Shown here piece after piece: positions 28,001 through 37,117 of a stretch of 64,000 bases of DNA. The notes under the pieces are model-generated. The model saw only the letters and a program-made list of their open reading frames with translations. It did not search any database and had not been told where the DNA came from. Source of the stretch: a bacterium BMS3Bbin03 (lineage in GTDB: Bacteria; Zhuqueibacterota; JdFR-76; BMS3Abin05). Each line of letters begins with the position of its first letter. Position 1 is the stretch's first letter. The translations under genes and the position numbers were made by a program. The stretch is taken from assembly GCA_002898015.1 (NCBI GenBank), contig BDTM01000128.1, positions 138,418-202,417 on the forward strand, given 5' to 3'.

Positions 28001-28754
28001 GCAGGAAGAGGCCGAGCCGCATTCGGATGAATCTGAGAAAGAAGAAAGTGTTTCTCCTTTAGATGCCTATCTTGAAGAAATCTCCGAAAATAGAGTTTCT
28101 GAAAAAGCGGATAAAGATTCACGTAATGAGCCCGAAGTCGAAATTCCACCGGAAAAAATCTTTGATCAATTGAGTGTCCGCGTGGAGGAAGAAAAAGAAG
28201 AGCCGCTTGAAAATAATGTTCATAAAATTGACGATTTTGTCGATGATTTAATTATTGGAGATGAAGAAATAGAGCATGCCCTTGAAGAAGACAACCAATC
28301 GAACAAACCTGCAAAGCAGGACGTATTTCGAGAAGCGCCGGAAAATGAACTCCATAAAGTTAAAGAACTTCTTCTCACAGGGTTAAGGTTCTATTTAGAT
28401 AAAGATTACAAAAAAGCAATTGCGGTTTTCGAAAAGATTATCAAGGGAAATCCGGATCATTTTGAAGCCCATTACAATCTGGGGAATGCGTATTTTCGAA
28501 CAAAAGATTTTAAGAAGGCTGAAAAAGAATACTTAAAAGTCATCGAAATTGATCCGTCTTTTACGGATGCGCATGACAATTTAGGCGTGATTTATGCCAA
28601 TCGAAAGGATTTTAAAAAGGCCATTCAAATTTGGAAAAAGATTCTTGAACTTCACCCGGAACGGGAAGATGTCAAAAAGAATATCGAGAAAGCACTAAAA
28701 TTAAGCAAAAAACTGAAAAAAGCAAAACAAAAAGTAATCCCAAAACCGCAATAA
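25023..28754 (+). CDS. Membrane-bound hybrid: RsbW/SpoIIAB-type Ser kinase + 2 TM/sensor + HAMP + PP2C (SpoIIE/RsbU) phosphatase + HTH-like domain + acidic linker + TPR
   Basis: EASTNIIRHAY, DQG, GGLGIFMI (kinase boxes); DEIGEIAQAFN (HAMP); GGDYYDF, ADVSGKG, YTDGVTEA, QNDDIS (PP2C); C-terminal TPRs. Confidence 0.88.
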   Translation: MFKKIKKEELRVPAGVEHLKDLRNFVEKIGKKHHLPSNVVNSFKLAVDEASTNIIRHAYRDTSGEILIRAIVRKTSITLSLIDQGRFFNPANVKDPDLRRYVAIGKRGGLGIFMIRKLVDNIEYYHTDEGNELRLTKKIIKKPKKKISAPGIPGSLRVRYYAYSSAILSLIILFGYIYFFVRRNSEIRNQSFKQGEAAVRVLAKNSANWIGTPSELNLNKETKVILAQNPKLLSYALVVDKDGTVKGSTNFDLFKVFRPYSGVIIEQDFGKGRYFVQLPNDEKEYMIGKPIYIVDRTASNSKRFMGRAYVFISKNYVSHLVYKKRMQDLRVALLILLFGNTGVVLLVTLIISPFKRLAVWIRKASEGNIEDEMDIDTADEIGEIAQAFNEITYKFRKSQQSLQDQERLKHEMHLAQEIQQTLLPAEFPKVRGFDIASHYESAKEVGGDYYDFVEINQDKVGVVVADVSGKGVPGSLVMTMIRTALRTEARGTTSAAETLKRVNKFIIGDIKKGMFVTVFYAILDSRTRSLTFASAGHNPMILYRPATRKSYYLNPKGFPVGISLNDGDLFNRSLEDDSIRLTKGDIVIIYTDGVTEAMNSKRELFGEERLLDTVRRYGHLSAKEFVEKLKTEIVSFTEGQIQNDDISLVVIKENMTQEEEYEERAREVYYQVLNHVSATQACKDVNLPFNTFKKYQTIFEEVGIENFRSDYETAAVEARHLSIEEQTKIFDVIKKHPEYGAKRISEMLEKEEYGNAVLTENRVYNELVRLKLNTRQLRESFIARNKQKRKIKPPGTPLLTLDGRVIIEDSRAKLFAPILVKTEPGKEVPESAKEEGVLSGEVEEIISGLDIEPDKEKNAPAEDVKSKPAKKKREEKSILEKDIEEIVLSDPIDVFDKNQGTEEIVETSGAEEDQDDLLTIDGIEVFEREAGPAAEEENEVEDVSDKDGEISLEKLFDSLTMKTEKEKETDNGLEEGMDLLEYSILEEDHLLDVQEEAEPHSDESEKEESVSPLDAYLEEISENRVSEKADKDSRNEPEVEIPPEKIFDQLSVRVEEEKEEPLENNVHKIDDFVDDLIIGDEEIEHALEEDNQSNKPAKQDVFREAPENELHKVKELLLTGLRFYLDKDYKKAIAVFEKIIKGNPDHFEAHYNLGNAYFRTKDFKKAEKEYLKVIEIDPSFTDAHDNLGVIYANRKDFKKAIQIWKKILELHPEREDVKKNIEKALKLSKKLKKAKQKVIPKPQ

Positions 28755-28761
28755 ATTATTA

Positions 28762-28790
28762 TTGATTTTTTATAATATTTCGTTTATATT
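28762..28790 (+). promoter_or_regulatory. Putative sigma70-type promoter for the STAS gene
   Basis: TTGATT(28762)-N17-TATATT(28785); RBS AAGGAG before ATG 28826. Confidence 0.5.
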
Positions 28791-28825
28791 AGCCTTAATC
28801 TATTTTCTCAAAAAGGAGACAGCCA

Positions 28826-29518
28826 ATGGAAGGAATCCAGGTTTCCGTATCAAAAACGGGTAGTCAGAACAATATTTCCGTTATAAAAGTGGGTGGATAC
28901 ATTGATACAACGACATCCGCAGAGCTGGAGAGATCCCTTGACCGATTGTTGAGAGCCGGGCATTACAATATTGTTGTCGATTTGGGTAATGTGGATTATA
29001 TTAGCAGCGCCGGTTGGGGGATATTTATCAGCGAAATTAAGGGGATTCGGGAAAAAAGCGGTGATTTAAAACTGGCAAATATGATTCCGGATGTTTACGA
29101 GGTGTTTGAACTTCTTGAATTTCACTATATTTTAAAAGCCTTCGATTCCACCGCAGAAGCCGTTAAAGATTTTGAAAAAGATCTTTTCTCAAGCGGTTCG
29201 AGCCGGCCGCAAGAGGAATTCTTGAAGGAAGAATCCTCAGAGGAGAAATCCGGGGGAGGAGAGAAGAGTGAAACACCCTCTTCCATACCCTCTCCATTCG
29301 GTGAAACAAAATCTTTGAGTCTTCAGGATAGAATTCGCAAGGCGGTGTTGGAAAAACCGGACGCAAGTCTGCTGGAAATTAAAAACGAGCTTAATACGGA
29401 AAAATATGGGTTTACAAAGATCGGAATCTTCCCTCTCTGGAGAGAACTGGGGAAACTCAGATTGCGTTCAAAAAAGAAACGGATCGCTTTTTTTAAGCAG
29501 AATGCATTTTCAAAGTGA
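28826..29518 (+). CDS. STAS anti-anti-sigma factor (RsbV/SpoIIAA-like) with C-terminal HTH-like extension
   Basis: GYIDTTTSAELE, VVDLGNVDYISSAGWG with the phosphoacceptor Ser; S/E-rich linker; extra ~65-aa basic domain. Confidence 0.88.
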   Translation: MEGIQVSVSKTGSQNNISVIKVGGYIDTTTSAELERSLDRLLRAGHYNIVVDLGNVDYISSAGWGIFISEIKGIREKSGDLKLANMIPDVYEVFELLEFHYILKAFDSTAEAVKDFEKDLFSSGSSRPQEEFLKEESSEEKSGGGEKSETPSSIPSPFGETKSLSLQDRIRKAVLEKPDASLLEIKNELNTEKYGFTKIGIFPLWRELGKLRLRSKKKRIAFFKQNAFSK

Positions 29519-29605
29519 TTGATTGGGAAGCTGCGCAACTTTATCCTCCTTCTTCCTTTTGGGTCTAAAATCTTCATGACCGGCATTATTCGGGACAAAA
29601 AACAA

Positions 29606-29634
29606 TTGATTTTCACCAAATTATTTCTTATTAT
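29606..29634 (+). promoter_or_regulatory. Putative sigma70-type promoter for icd
   Basis: TTGATT-N17-TATTAT. Confidence 0.4.
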
Positions 29635-29740
29635 TCTTTAACTGTGAAAAAGCCGCGCCATAGGGTGTGCTTTGCGCTTTCTTTGATGTCTTTATTGTGA
29701 ATAAATGGGTTCGATTAAAAATCCCGGAGGGAAAGTCAAG

Positions 29741-31006
29741 ATGAGTGAAAAATACGTTAAAGTGCCGGAAAAAGGTAAAAAGGTTACCATCGTCGACGGA
29801 AAATTATCCGTCCCGGACAATCCGATTATTCCGTTTATTGAGGGTGACGGCACCGGCCCGGATATTTGGCGTGCCGCAAAAATAGTGCTGGATGCCAGCG
29901 TTCAGAAAGCCTACAACGGAAAACGGAAGATTGAATGGATGGAATTATATGCCGGTGACAAAGCCCACAATTTGTACGGGGAATGGTTGCCCGATGAAAC
30001 CATTAAAATGATTTCGGAATATATCATTGCCATTAAAGGTCCGTTGACGACTCCGGTTGGCGGGGGCTTTCGAAGTCTTAACGTCACCATGCGGAAGGTG
30101 TTGGAGTTGTACGCCTGTGTGCGCCCGGTCAAATATTACAAGGGTGTCCCGAGTCCGGTGAAACATCCCGAAAAGATGGATGTGATCATCTTTAGAGAAA
30201 ACACGGAGGATGTGTACGCCGGTATTGAGTGGCGCGAAGGCACCAGTGAGGCGTTAAAGATTATCGGCTTCTTGAAAGATGAATTTGATGTGAACATCCG
30301 GAAGGACTCCGGAGTGGGTATCAAGCCGATCAGCGAATACGGAAGTAAACGTCTTGTGCGGAAAGCCATTCAATATGCCCTTGAGAATAAGCGTAAGAGC
30401 GTGACGCTGATGCACAAAGGCAATATCATGAAATATACGGAAGGCGCTTTTAAGGATTGGGGCTACAAAGTGGCAGCGGAAGAATTTGGTGACGTCACCC
30501 TCTCGGAAGCGGATCTCTGGGATAAATATGATGGTAAAATGCCTGACGGGAAGATTCTCATTAAGGACAGAATTGCGGACAACATGTTTCAGCAGGTTTT
30601 AACGCGCACGAATGAATACGACATTATTGCCACGCCGAATTTAAATGGGGATTACATCTCCGACGCCTGTGCGGCTCAGGTGGGCGGGCTTGGAATGGCC
30701 CCCGGCGCCAATATCGGTGATTATGTGGGTCTGTTTGAAGCGACACACGGGACGGCTCCTAAATACGCCGGACTGGACAAGGTTAATCCCGGTTCTTTAA
30801 TTCTTTCCGGTGTGATGATGCTGAAATATATGGGGTGGAACGAAGCGGGCGAATTAATTGAAAAAGCCATCTCCGAGACCATTCTCCAAAAGCGCGTCAC
30901 GTATGATCTGCACCGCCAGATCGAAGGCGCCACATTGCTGAAGTGCTCGGAATTTGGTTCGGCAATTGTCGAAAATATGGAGCAATTTGTGAAGTCACTC
31001 CGTTAA
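29741..31006 (+). CDS. icd: Isocitrate dehydrogenase (homodimeric, E. coli-type)
   Basis: [58 protein letters not shown]; RBS GGAGG before ATG 29741. Confidence 0.96.
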   Translation: MSEKYVKVPEKGKKVTIVDGKLSVPDNPIIPFIEGDGTGPDIWRAAKIVLDASVQKAYNGKRKIEWMELYAGDKAHNLYGEWLPDETIKMISEYIIAIKGPLTTPVGGGFRSLNVTMRKVLELYACVRPVKYYKGVPSPVKHPEKMDVIIFRENTEDVYAGIEWREGTSEALKIIGFLKDEFDVNIRKDSGVGIKPISEYGSKRLVRKAIQYALENKRKSVTLMHKGNIMKYTEGAFKDWGYKVAAEEFGDVTLSEADLWDKYDGKMPDGKILIKDRIADNMFQQVLTRTNEYDIIATPNLNGDYISDACAAQVGGLGMAPGANIGDYVGLFEATHGTAPKYAGLDKVNPGSLILSGVMMLKYMGWNEAGELIEKAISETILQKRVTYDLHRQIEGATLLKCSEFGSAIVENMEQFVKSLR

Positions 31007-31031
31007 ACAGCCCAAGAAAAGGAGATCATTC

Positions 31032-31460
31032 GTGACAACAGATTACCCAAAAGCAGATGTGTCCATAAGATTAATTGCTTTTCTCATTGATCTGGCCGTT
31101 TATGTTGTGATCTGGGTATTGCTGTTTTTCTGGCTTCGACTTGGAAATTACCTGACCGGACTGGCTGCGGGATTGTACATTGTTTTCAGAGACGGATTGT
31201 TTAACGGCCAGAGTGTGGGAAAGAAGCTTATGCGCCAGCGCGTGATTCGAAGAGATTCGGAGGATGCGTGCGATTTTACCCATTCGGTGAAAAGGAATAT
31301 CATCCTTTATATTCCGAATTTGTTTCGTTTTATCAATTTTTTCGGCGGCATTCTGGGTGTTGTAATCGTGGCTCTGGAGCTTTATTTCATTTTTACAAAT
31401 GAGAAGGGTCTTCGCTGGGGCGATCAATTCGCAGAAACGCAGGTTATTAATGAAACATGA
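31032..31460 (+). CDS. RDD-family membrane protein
   Basis: RLIAFLID, GQSVGKKLM, R.GDQFA.T.V. Confidence 0.85.
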   Translation: MTTDYPKADVSIRLIAFLIDLAVYVVIWVLLFFWLRLGNYLTGLAAGLYIVFRDGLFNGQSVGKKLMRQRVIRRDSEDACDFTHSVKRNIILYIPNLFRFINFFGGILGVVIVALELYFIFTNEKGLRWGDQFAETQVINET

Positions 31461-31485
31461 ATTGAAAATTGGGGTTTACTGGTTG

Positions 31486-31514
31486 AAAAAAGGCAGAGCA
31501 ATCTGCCTTTTTTT
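31486..31514 (+). terminator. Intrinsic terminator (potentially bidirectional)
   Basis: AAAAAAGGCAGA-GCAA-TCTGCCTTTTTTT. Confidence 0.8.
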
Positions 31515-31530
31515 GTAACTTTAGAGTTAA

Positions 31531-33652
<2,122 letters not shown>

Positions 33653-33697
33653 TTCCGGAAAATACGGAAAACTCTAAACCGGGACACCAAATATTTG

Positions 33698-33726
33698 TTG
33701 ACATACAGGCAAAATATTTGTATATT
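33698..33726 (+). promoter_or_regulatory. Sigma70-type promoter for the tRNA-Ser/gltX cluster
   Basis: TTGACA-N17-TATATT, ~25 nt upstream of the first tRNA. Confidence 0.75.
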
Positions 33727-33750
33727 TAAAGTCGCTTGTGCGGAAAATTT

Positions 33751-33834
33751 GGAGGGCTAGTCCTAATTGGTAAGGCGGCGGTCTTGAAAACCGCTGGGTA
33801 TTTACCCTTGGGGGTTCGAGTCCCTCGCCCTCCG
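33751..33834 (+). tRNA. tRNA-Ser(TGA)
   Basis: GGAGGGC/GCCCTCC acceptor stem, anticodon loop CTTGAAA, long variable arm, TTCGAGT loop, G73. Confidence 0.93.
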
Positions 33835-33860
33835 CCGATGATTTGACAAAGAATTTGAGA

Positions 33861-33947
33861 GGAGAGGTGGCCGAGCTGGCTTAAGGCGGCGGTCTCGAAA
33901 ATCGCTTCACGTTTATCGTGACGGGGGTTCGAATCCCTCCCTCTCCG
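33861..33947 (+). tRNA. tRNA-Ser(CGA)
   Basis: GGAGAGG/CCTCTCC, loop CTCGAAA, long variable arm. Confidence 0.94.
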
Positions 33948-33981
33948 CAATTAAGAATAAATTTAGAAAAACCAATGGCTT

Positions 33982-34068
33982 GGAGAGGTGGCCGAGCGGT
34001 TTAAGGCAGCGGCCTGCTAAGCCGTTGTAGGCGTTAGTCTACCGTGGGTTCGAATCCCACCCTCTCCG
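33982..34068 (+). tRNA. tRNA-Ser(GCT)
   Basis: GGAGAGG/CCTCTCC, loop CTGCTAA, long variable arm. Confidence 0.94.
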
Positions 34069-34088
34069 CAAATGCCAGGGAGGTGTTT

Positions 34089-34442
34089 ATGGATTATGAA
34101 ATAAAACACATTGATGCCTGGTCGGTGATGAAAATTGTTTTTATTATTTCTCTGGTTTTAGGTTTTTTATTTGGTTTGTTTTATGTTCTTTTATTATCAA
34201 ATCTGTCGAATTTAGCGGGAAATTTCGGGGGAGAATTTGAGACGGGATTCCGGAATTTTAGCGGCGGCTTTCTTTTAATAATTGCCCTGTTTATCGATAT
34301 TTTTGTTTCGATTCTGTACGCCGTCATAGCGATGCTTTTTGCGGTTTTATATAATTTATTTGTGGGATGGTTTGGCGGAATAAAGATAGAGCTTGCCGGA
34401 GAAGGAATTCAATCACTTTCGAAAGAAGAATCACGACGATAA
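34089..34442 (+). CDS. Small membrane protein (DUF3566-like)
   Basis: IKHIDAWSVMK...two TM helices...LYNLFVGWFGGIKIEL; RBS GGAGGT before ATG 34089 (the ORF-track start overlaps a tRNA). Confidence 0.7.
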   Translation: MDYEIKHIDAWSVMKIVFIISLVLGFLFGLFYVLLLSNLSNLAGNFGGEFETGFRNFSGGFLLIIALFIDIFVSILYAVIAMLFAVLYNLFVGWFGGIKIELAGEGIQSLSKEESRR

Positions 34443-35870
34443 ATGGATAATTCTCAGCCTGATGTAAGGGTTCGCTTTGCTCCAAGTCCAACCGGGTACT
34501 TGCACATTGGAGGTGCACGAACAGCCATTTTTAATTGGCTCTTCGCCAGAAAAAATAACGGAAAATTCTTCCTTCGCATTGAAGATACGGACGTCGTCAG
34601 ATCTTCACAGGAGGTTGTGGATGCGATCTTTGAAAGTTTGAAATGGCTGGGATTGAATTGGGACGATGAGCCCAGATACCAGTCTCAACGGTTTGATGTG
34701 TATCGCAGGATCGCGGAAGAATTGGTCCAAAAGCGAAAAGCCTACCACTGTTATTGCGGGCAGGAGGATGAGCCGGAAGAGAACGCCGATGAAGGGGAAC
34801 GGAACAAATGCCAGTGTTATCTTTTAACGGTTAAAGAGAAAGAAGAATTAGACCGGAGAGGAATTTCGAGAGCCATTCGGTTTTGGGTTCCGGACGGAAC
34901 AACCATCATCGATGACCAGGTGTACGGGTCCATGGAATTCAACAACTCTGAGATTGAGAATTTCGTGATTCTTCGTTCAGACAAAATTCCCACGTATCAT
35001 CTGGCGGTTGTTGTGGATGACCACGATATGGGCATCACCCATATTATTCGTGGTGAGGATCATATTTCCAATACACCGAAACATATACTGCTGTACCATG
35101 CGTTGGGCTGGGAACCGCCTAAATATGCCCACGTTCCCCTGATTTTGGGTGAAGATAAGAAGCGTTTAAGCAAACGGCACGGCGCAACTTCGGTAATGGA
35201 GTATATGGATATGGGGATTTTACCGGATGCCATGGTAAATTATCTGGCGCTCCTGGGGTGGTCTCCCGGAGATGATCGTGAAATATTCCGAATTCCGGAA
35301 TTAATCGAAGCTTTTTCAATCAACGGAATTTCACGCAAGAGTGCGGTTTTCGATCCTAAAAAGCTGGAATGGGTGAACAGTGAACATCTTAAGATTTACC
35401 CGACGGAGGAACTCCTGCAGTGGGTCCTGCCGTCGTTAAGAGAATCGCACTTAATTACGGACTTTGATGCCGAACGAAAGGTCCCCTACCTGATAAGGGT
35501 TCTGGATCTTTTTAAAAATAGAATGAAAACGACAAAAGACCTGGCCAAATACGGCCGGTATTTCTTTAAAGATCCTGAACGGTACGATGAAAAAGCGCTT
35601 CAGCGATATTGGGAGGGTGCGGAAACAAAAGATCGTTTGCAGCGGTTAAAAGATCGCCTGAATGCTCAGGAAGAGTTTACTGCCGACAAAATAGAAGAAG
35701 TGACGCGGACATTGGCGTCCGAATTAGGGGTGTCGGCTGCCAAACTGATTCATCCGATGCGAATTTTGTTGACGGGGTTTTCGGTGAGTCCGGGGTTGTT
35801 CGAAATGATGGAGGTGCTTGGCCGGGACACCTGTCTGCGGCGGGTTGAGCGGGGTTTGAAAATATTGTAG
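34443..35870 (+). CDS. gltX: Glutamate--tRNA ligase
   Basis: RFAPSPTGYLHIGG (HIGH), RIEDTD, RGEDHISNT, RLSKRHG (KMSKS). Confidence 0.97.
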   Translation: MDNSQPDVRVRFAPSPTGYLHIGGARTAIFNWLFARKNNGKFFLRIEDTDVVRSSQEVVDAIFESLKWLGLNWDDEPRYQSQRFDVYRRIAEELVQKRKAYHCYCGQEDEPEENADEGERNKCQCYLLTVKEKEELDRRGISRAIRFWVPDGTTIIDDQVYGSMEFNNSEIENFVILRSDKIPTYHLAVVVDDHDMGITHIIRGEDHISNTPKHILLYHALGWEPPKYAHVPLILGEDKKRLSKRHGATSVMEYMDMGILPDAMVNYLALLGWSPGDDREIFRIPELIEAFSINGISRKSAVFDPKKLEWVNSEHLKIYPTEELLQWVLPSLRESHLITDFDAERKVPYLIRVLDLFKNRMKTTKDLAKYGRYFFKDPERYDEKALQRYWEGAETKDRLQRLKDRLNAQEEFTADKIEEVTRTLASELGVSAAKLIHPMRILLTGFSVSPGLFEMMEVLGRDTCLRRVERGLKIL

Positions 35871-35877
35871 ACTTTAC

Positions 35878-35948
35878 TGGGGAGTCGTCTAATGGCAGGA
35901 CAGCGGACTCTGGATCCGTCAATCGGGGTTCAAATCCCTGCTCCCCAG
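35878..35948 (+). tRNA. tRNA-Gln(CTG)
   Basis: TGGGGAG/CTCCCCA (U1-A72), loop CTCTGGA. Confidence 0.93.
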
Positions 35949-35968
35949 CTATGTTTTTAAAGATGTCT

Positions 35969-36042
35969 GCGCCCATAGCTCAACTGGAAAGAGCATCTGA
36001 CTTCGGATCAGAGGGTTGGGGGTTCGAGTCCTCCTGGGCGCG
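35969..36042 (+). tRNA. tRNA-Arg(TCG)
   Basis: GCGCCCA/TGGGCGC, stem TCTGA/TCAGA, loop CTTCGGA. Confidence 0.92.
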
Positions 36043-36063
36043 CAATATCTTGAATGCCGTTTT

Positions 36064-36136
36064 GGCGCATTCGTCTAGTGGCCCAGGACGCTGGCCTCTC
36101 ACGTCGGTAACACGGGTTCGACTCCCGTATGCGCCG
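36064..36136 (+). tRNA. tRNA-Glu(CTC)
   Basis: GGCGCAT/ATGCGCC, loop CTCTCAC. Confidence 0.92.
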
Positions 36137-36142
36137 CTATTT

Positions 36143-36216
36143 GCGCCCGTAGTTCAACTGGAAAGAGCGTCTGACTACGAATCAGAAGGTTGGGGGTTCG
36201 AGTCCCTCCGGGCGCA
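36143..36216 (+). tRNA. tRNA-Arg(ACG)
   Basis: GCGCCCG/CGGGCGC, loop CTACGAA. Confidence 0.94.
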
Positions 36217-36218
36217 CT

Positions 36219-36701
36219 ATGTTTAAAACATTTGGAGCTGAAATCGGCGTTCATGAACGCCGGATGCGTTTGGCATTAGAGGAAGCGAAAATTGCCTTTG
36301 AGAAGGGGGAGGTCCCCGTTGGGGCAGTGGTTGTGTGGAAGAATCAAATTATTGGCCGGGGGCACAATGAGATTGAAACTCTGCAAGATCCCACGGCTCA
36401 TGCGGAAATCCTGGCTATCACGGCTGCTGCGAACACATTGTCTTCATGGCGTCTTGAGGGAGCCTCTCTTTATGTGACGTTGGAGCCCTGTCCCATGTGT
36501 GCGGGCGCCATCATTCATTCAAGGATTGGCAAGTTGTTTTTTGGGCCGGCAGACCCGAAATGGGGCGCCTGTGGTTCTCTTTACAACATTGTTCAGGACG
36601 AGCGGCTCAATCACAAGGTCGAGGTCATTTCAGGCGTTCTGGAAAAGGAATCGTCTGATCTTTTAAAAGAGTTTTTCAAGTTTCTCAGACGAAAAAACTA
36701 A
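36219..36701 (+). CDS. tadA: tRNA adenosine-34 deaminase
   Basis: GEVPVGAVVV, DPTAHAEI, TLEPCPMCAGA. Confidence 0.95.
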   Translation: MFKTFGAEIGVHERRMRLALEEAKIAFEKGEVPVGAVVVWKNQIIGRGHNEIETLQDPTAHAEILAITAAANTLSSWRLEGASLYVTLEPCPMCAGAIIHSRIGKLFFGPADPKWGACGSLYNIVQDERLNHKVEVISGVLEKESSDLLKEFFKFLRRKN

Positions 36702-36740
36702 AACCATTTGAAGGCTGAATGGCTGCGAATTTTACGGTTT

Positions 36741-36826
36741 GGAGAGGTGTCCGAGCGGCTGAAGGAGCACGCCTGGAGAGCGTGTGTATCCTCTGGGTAC
36801 CGTGGGTTCAAATCCCACCCTCTCCG
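36741..36826 (+). tRNA. tRNA-Ser(GGA)
   Basis: GGAGAGG/CCTCTCC, loop CTGGAGA, long variable arm. Confidence 0.92.
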
Positions 36827-36845
36827 CTATTCGGTCGTGAAACCT

Positions 36846-36918
36846 GGGGCAGTAGCTCAGATGGGAGAGCGCTTCCCTCGCACGGAAGAGGCCGGCGGTT
36901 CGAGTCCGCTCTGCTCCA
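36846..36918 (+). tRNA. tRNA-Ala(CGC)
   Basis: GGGGCAG/CTGCTCC with G3:U70, loop CTCGCAC, A73. Confidence 0.93.
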
Positions 36919-36947
36919 CTAATTCCTGAAATAGTGGGATTTGTGAA

Positions 36948-37072
36948 CGGCTATCGTGTATGGGCAAGTCCTCCGCAATAGGAAGGTGCTCAACTCCGTC
37001 AGGACCGGGAGGTAGCAGCGGTCGGCATTCGGACTATGTGCCGGAGGGGAGCTTGCCCATTTGCGATAGTCG
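36948..37072 (+). ncRNA. ffs: Signal recognition particle RNA (small bacterial type)
   Basis: Domain IV motif TCAGGACC-GGGA-GGTAGCAGC inside a long hairpin (GGCTATCG/CGATAGTC, ATGGGCAAG/CTTGCCCAT); tadA...ffs-dnaX-ybaB-recR synteny; ends approximate. Confidence 0.88.
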
Positions 37073-37117
37073 AGGGTTTCTTCTGTAAGTTCATCTGTTT
37101 TAAAGATTGTTAATCTT

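Noticed and set aside
33751-33834. Possible selenocysteine or suppressor tRNA (TGA in the loop)
   Set aside because: Anticodon TGA reads UCA (Ser); tRNA-Sec needs TCA and an extended acceptor stem
33726-33950. Short ORFs over the tRNA clusters (also 35677..35976, 35951..36226, 36708..36929, 36719..36922)
   Set aside because: They are translations of tRNA genes
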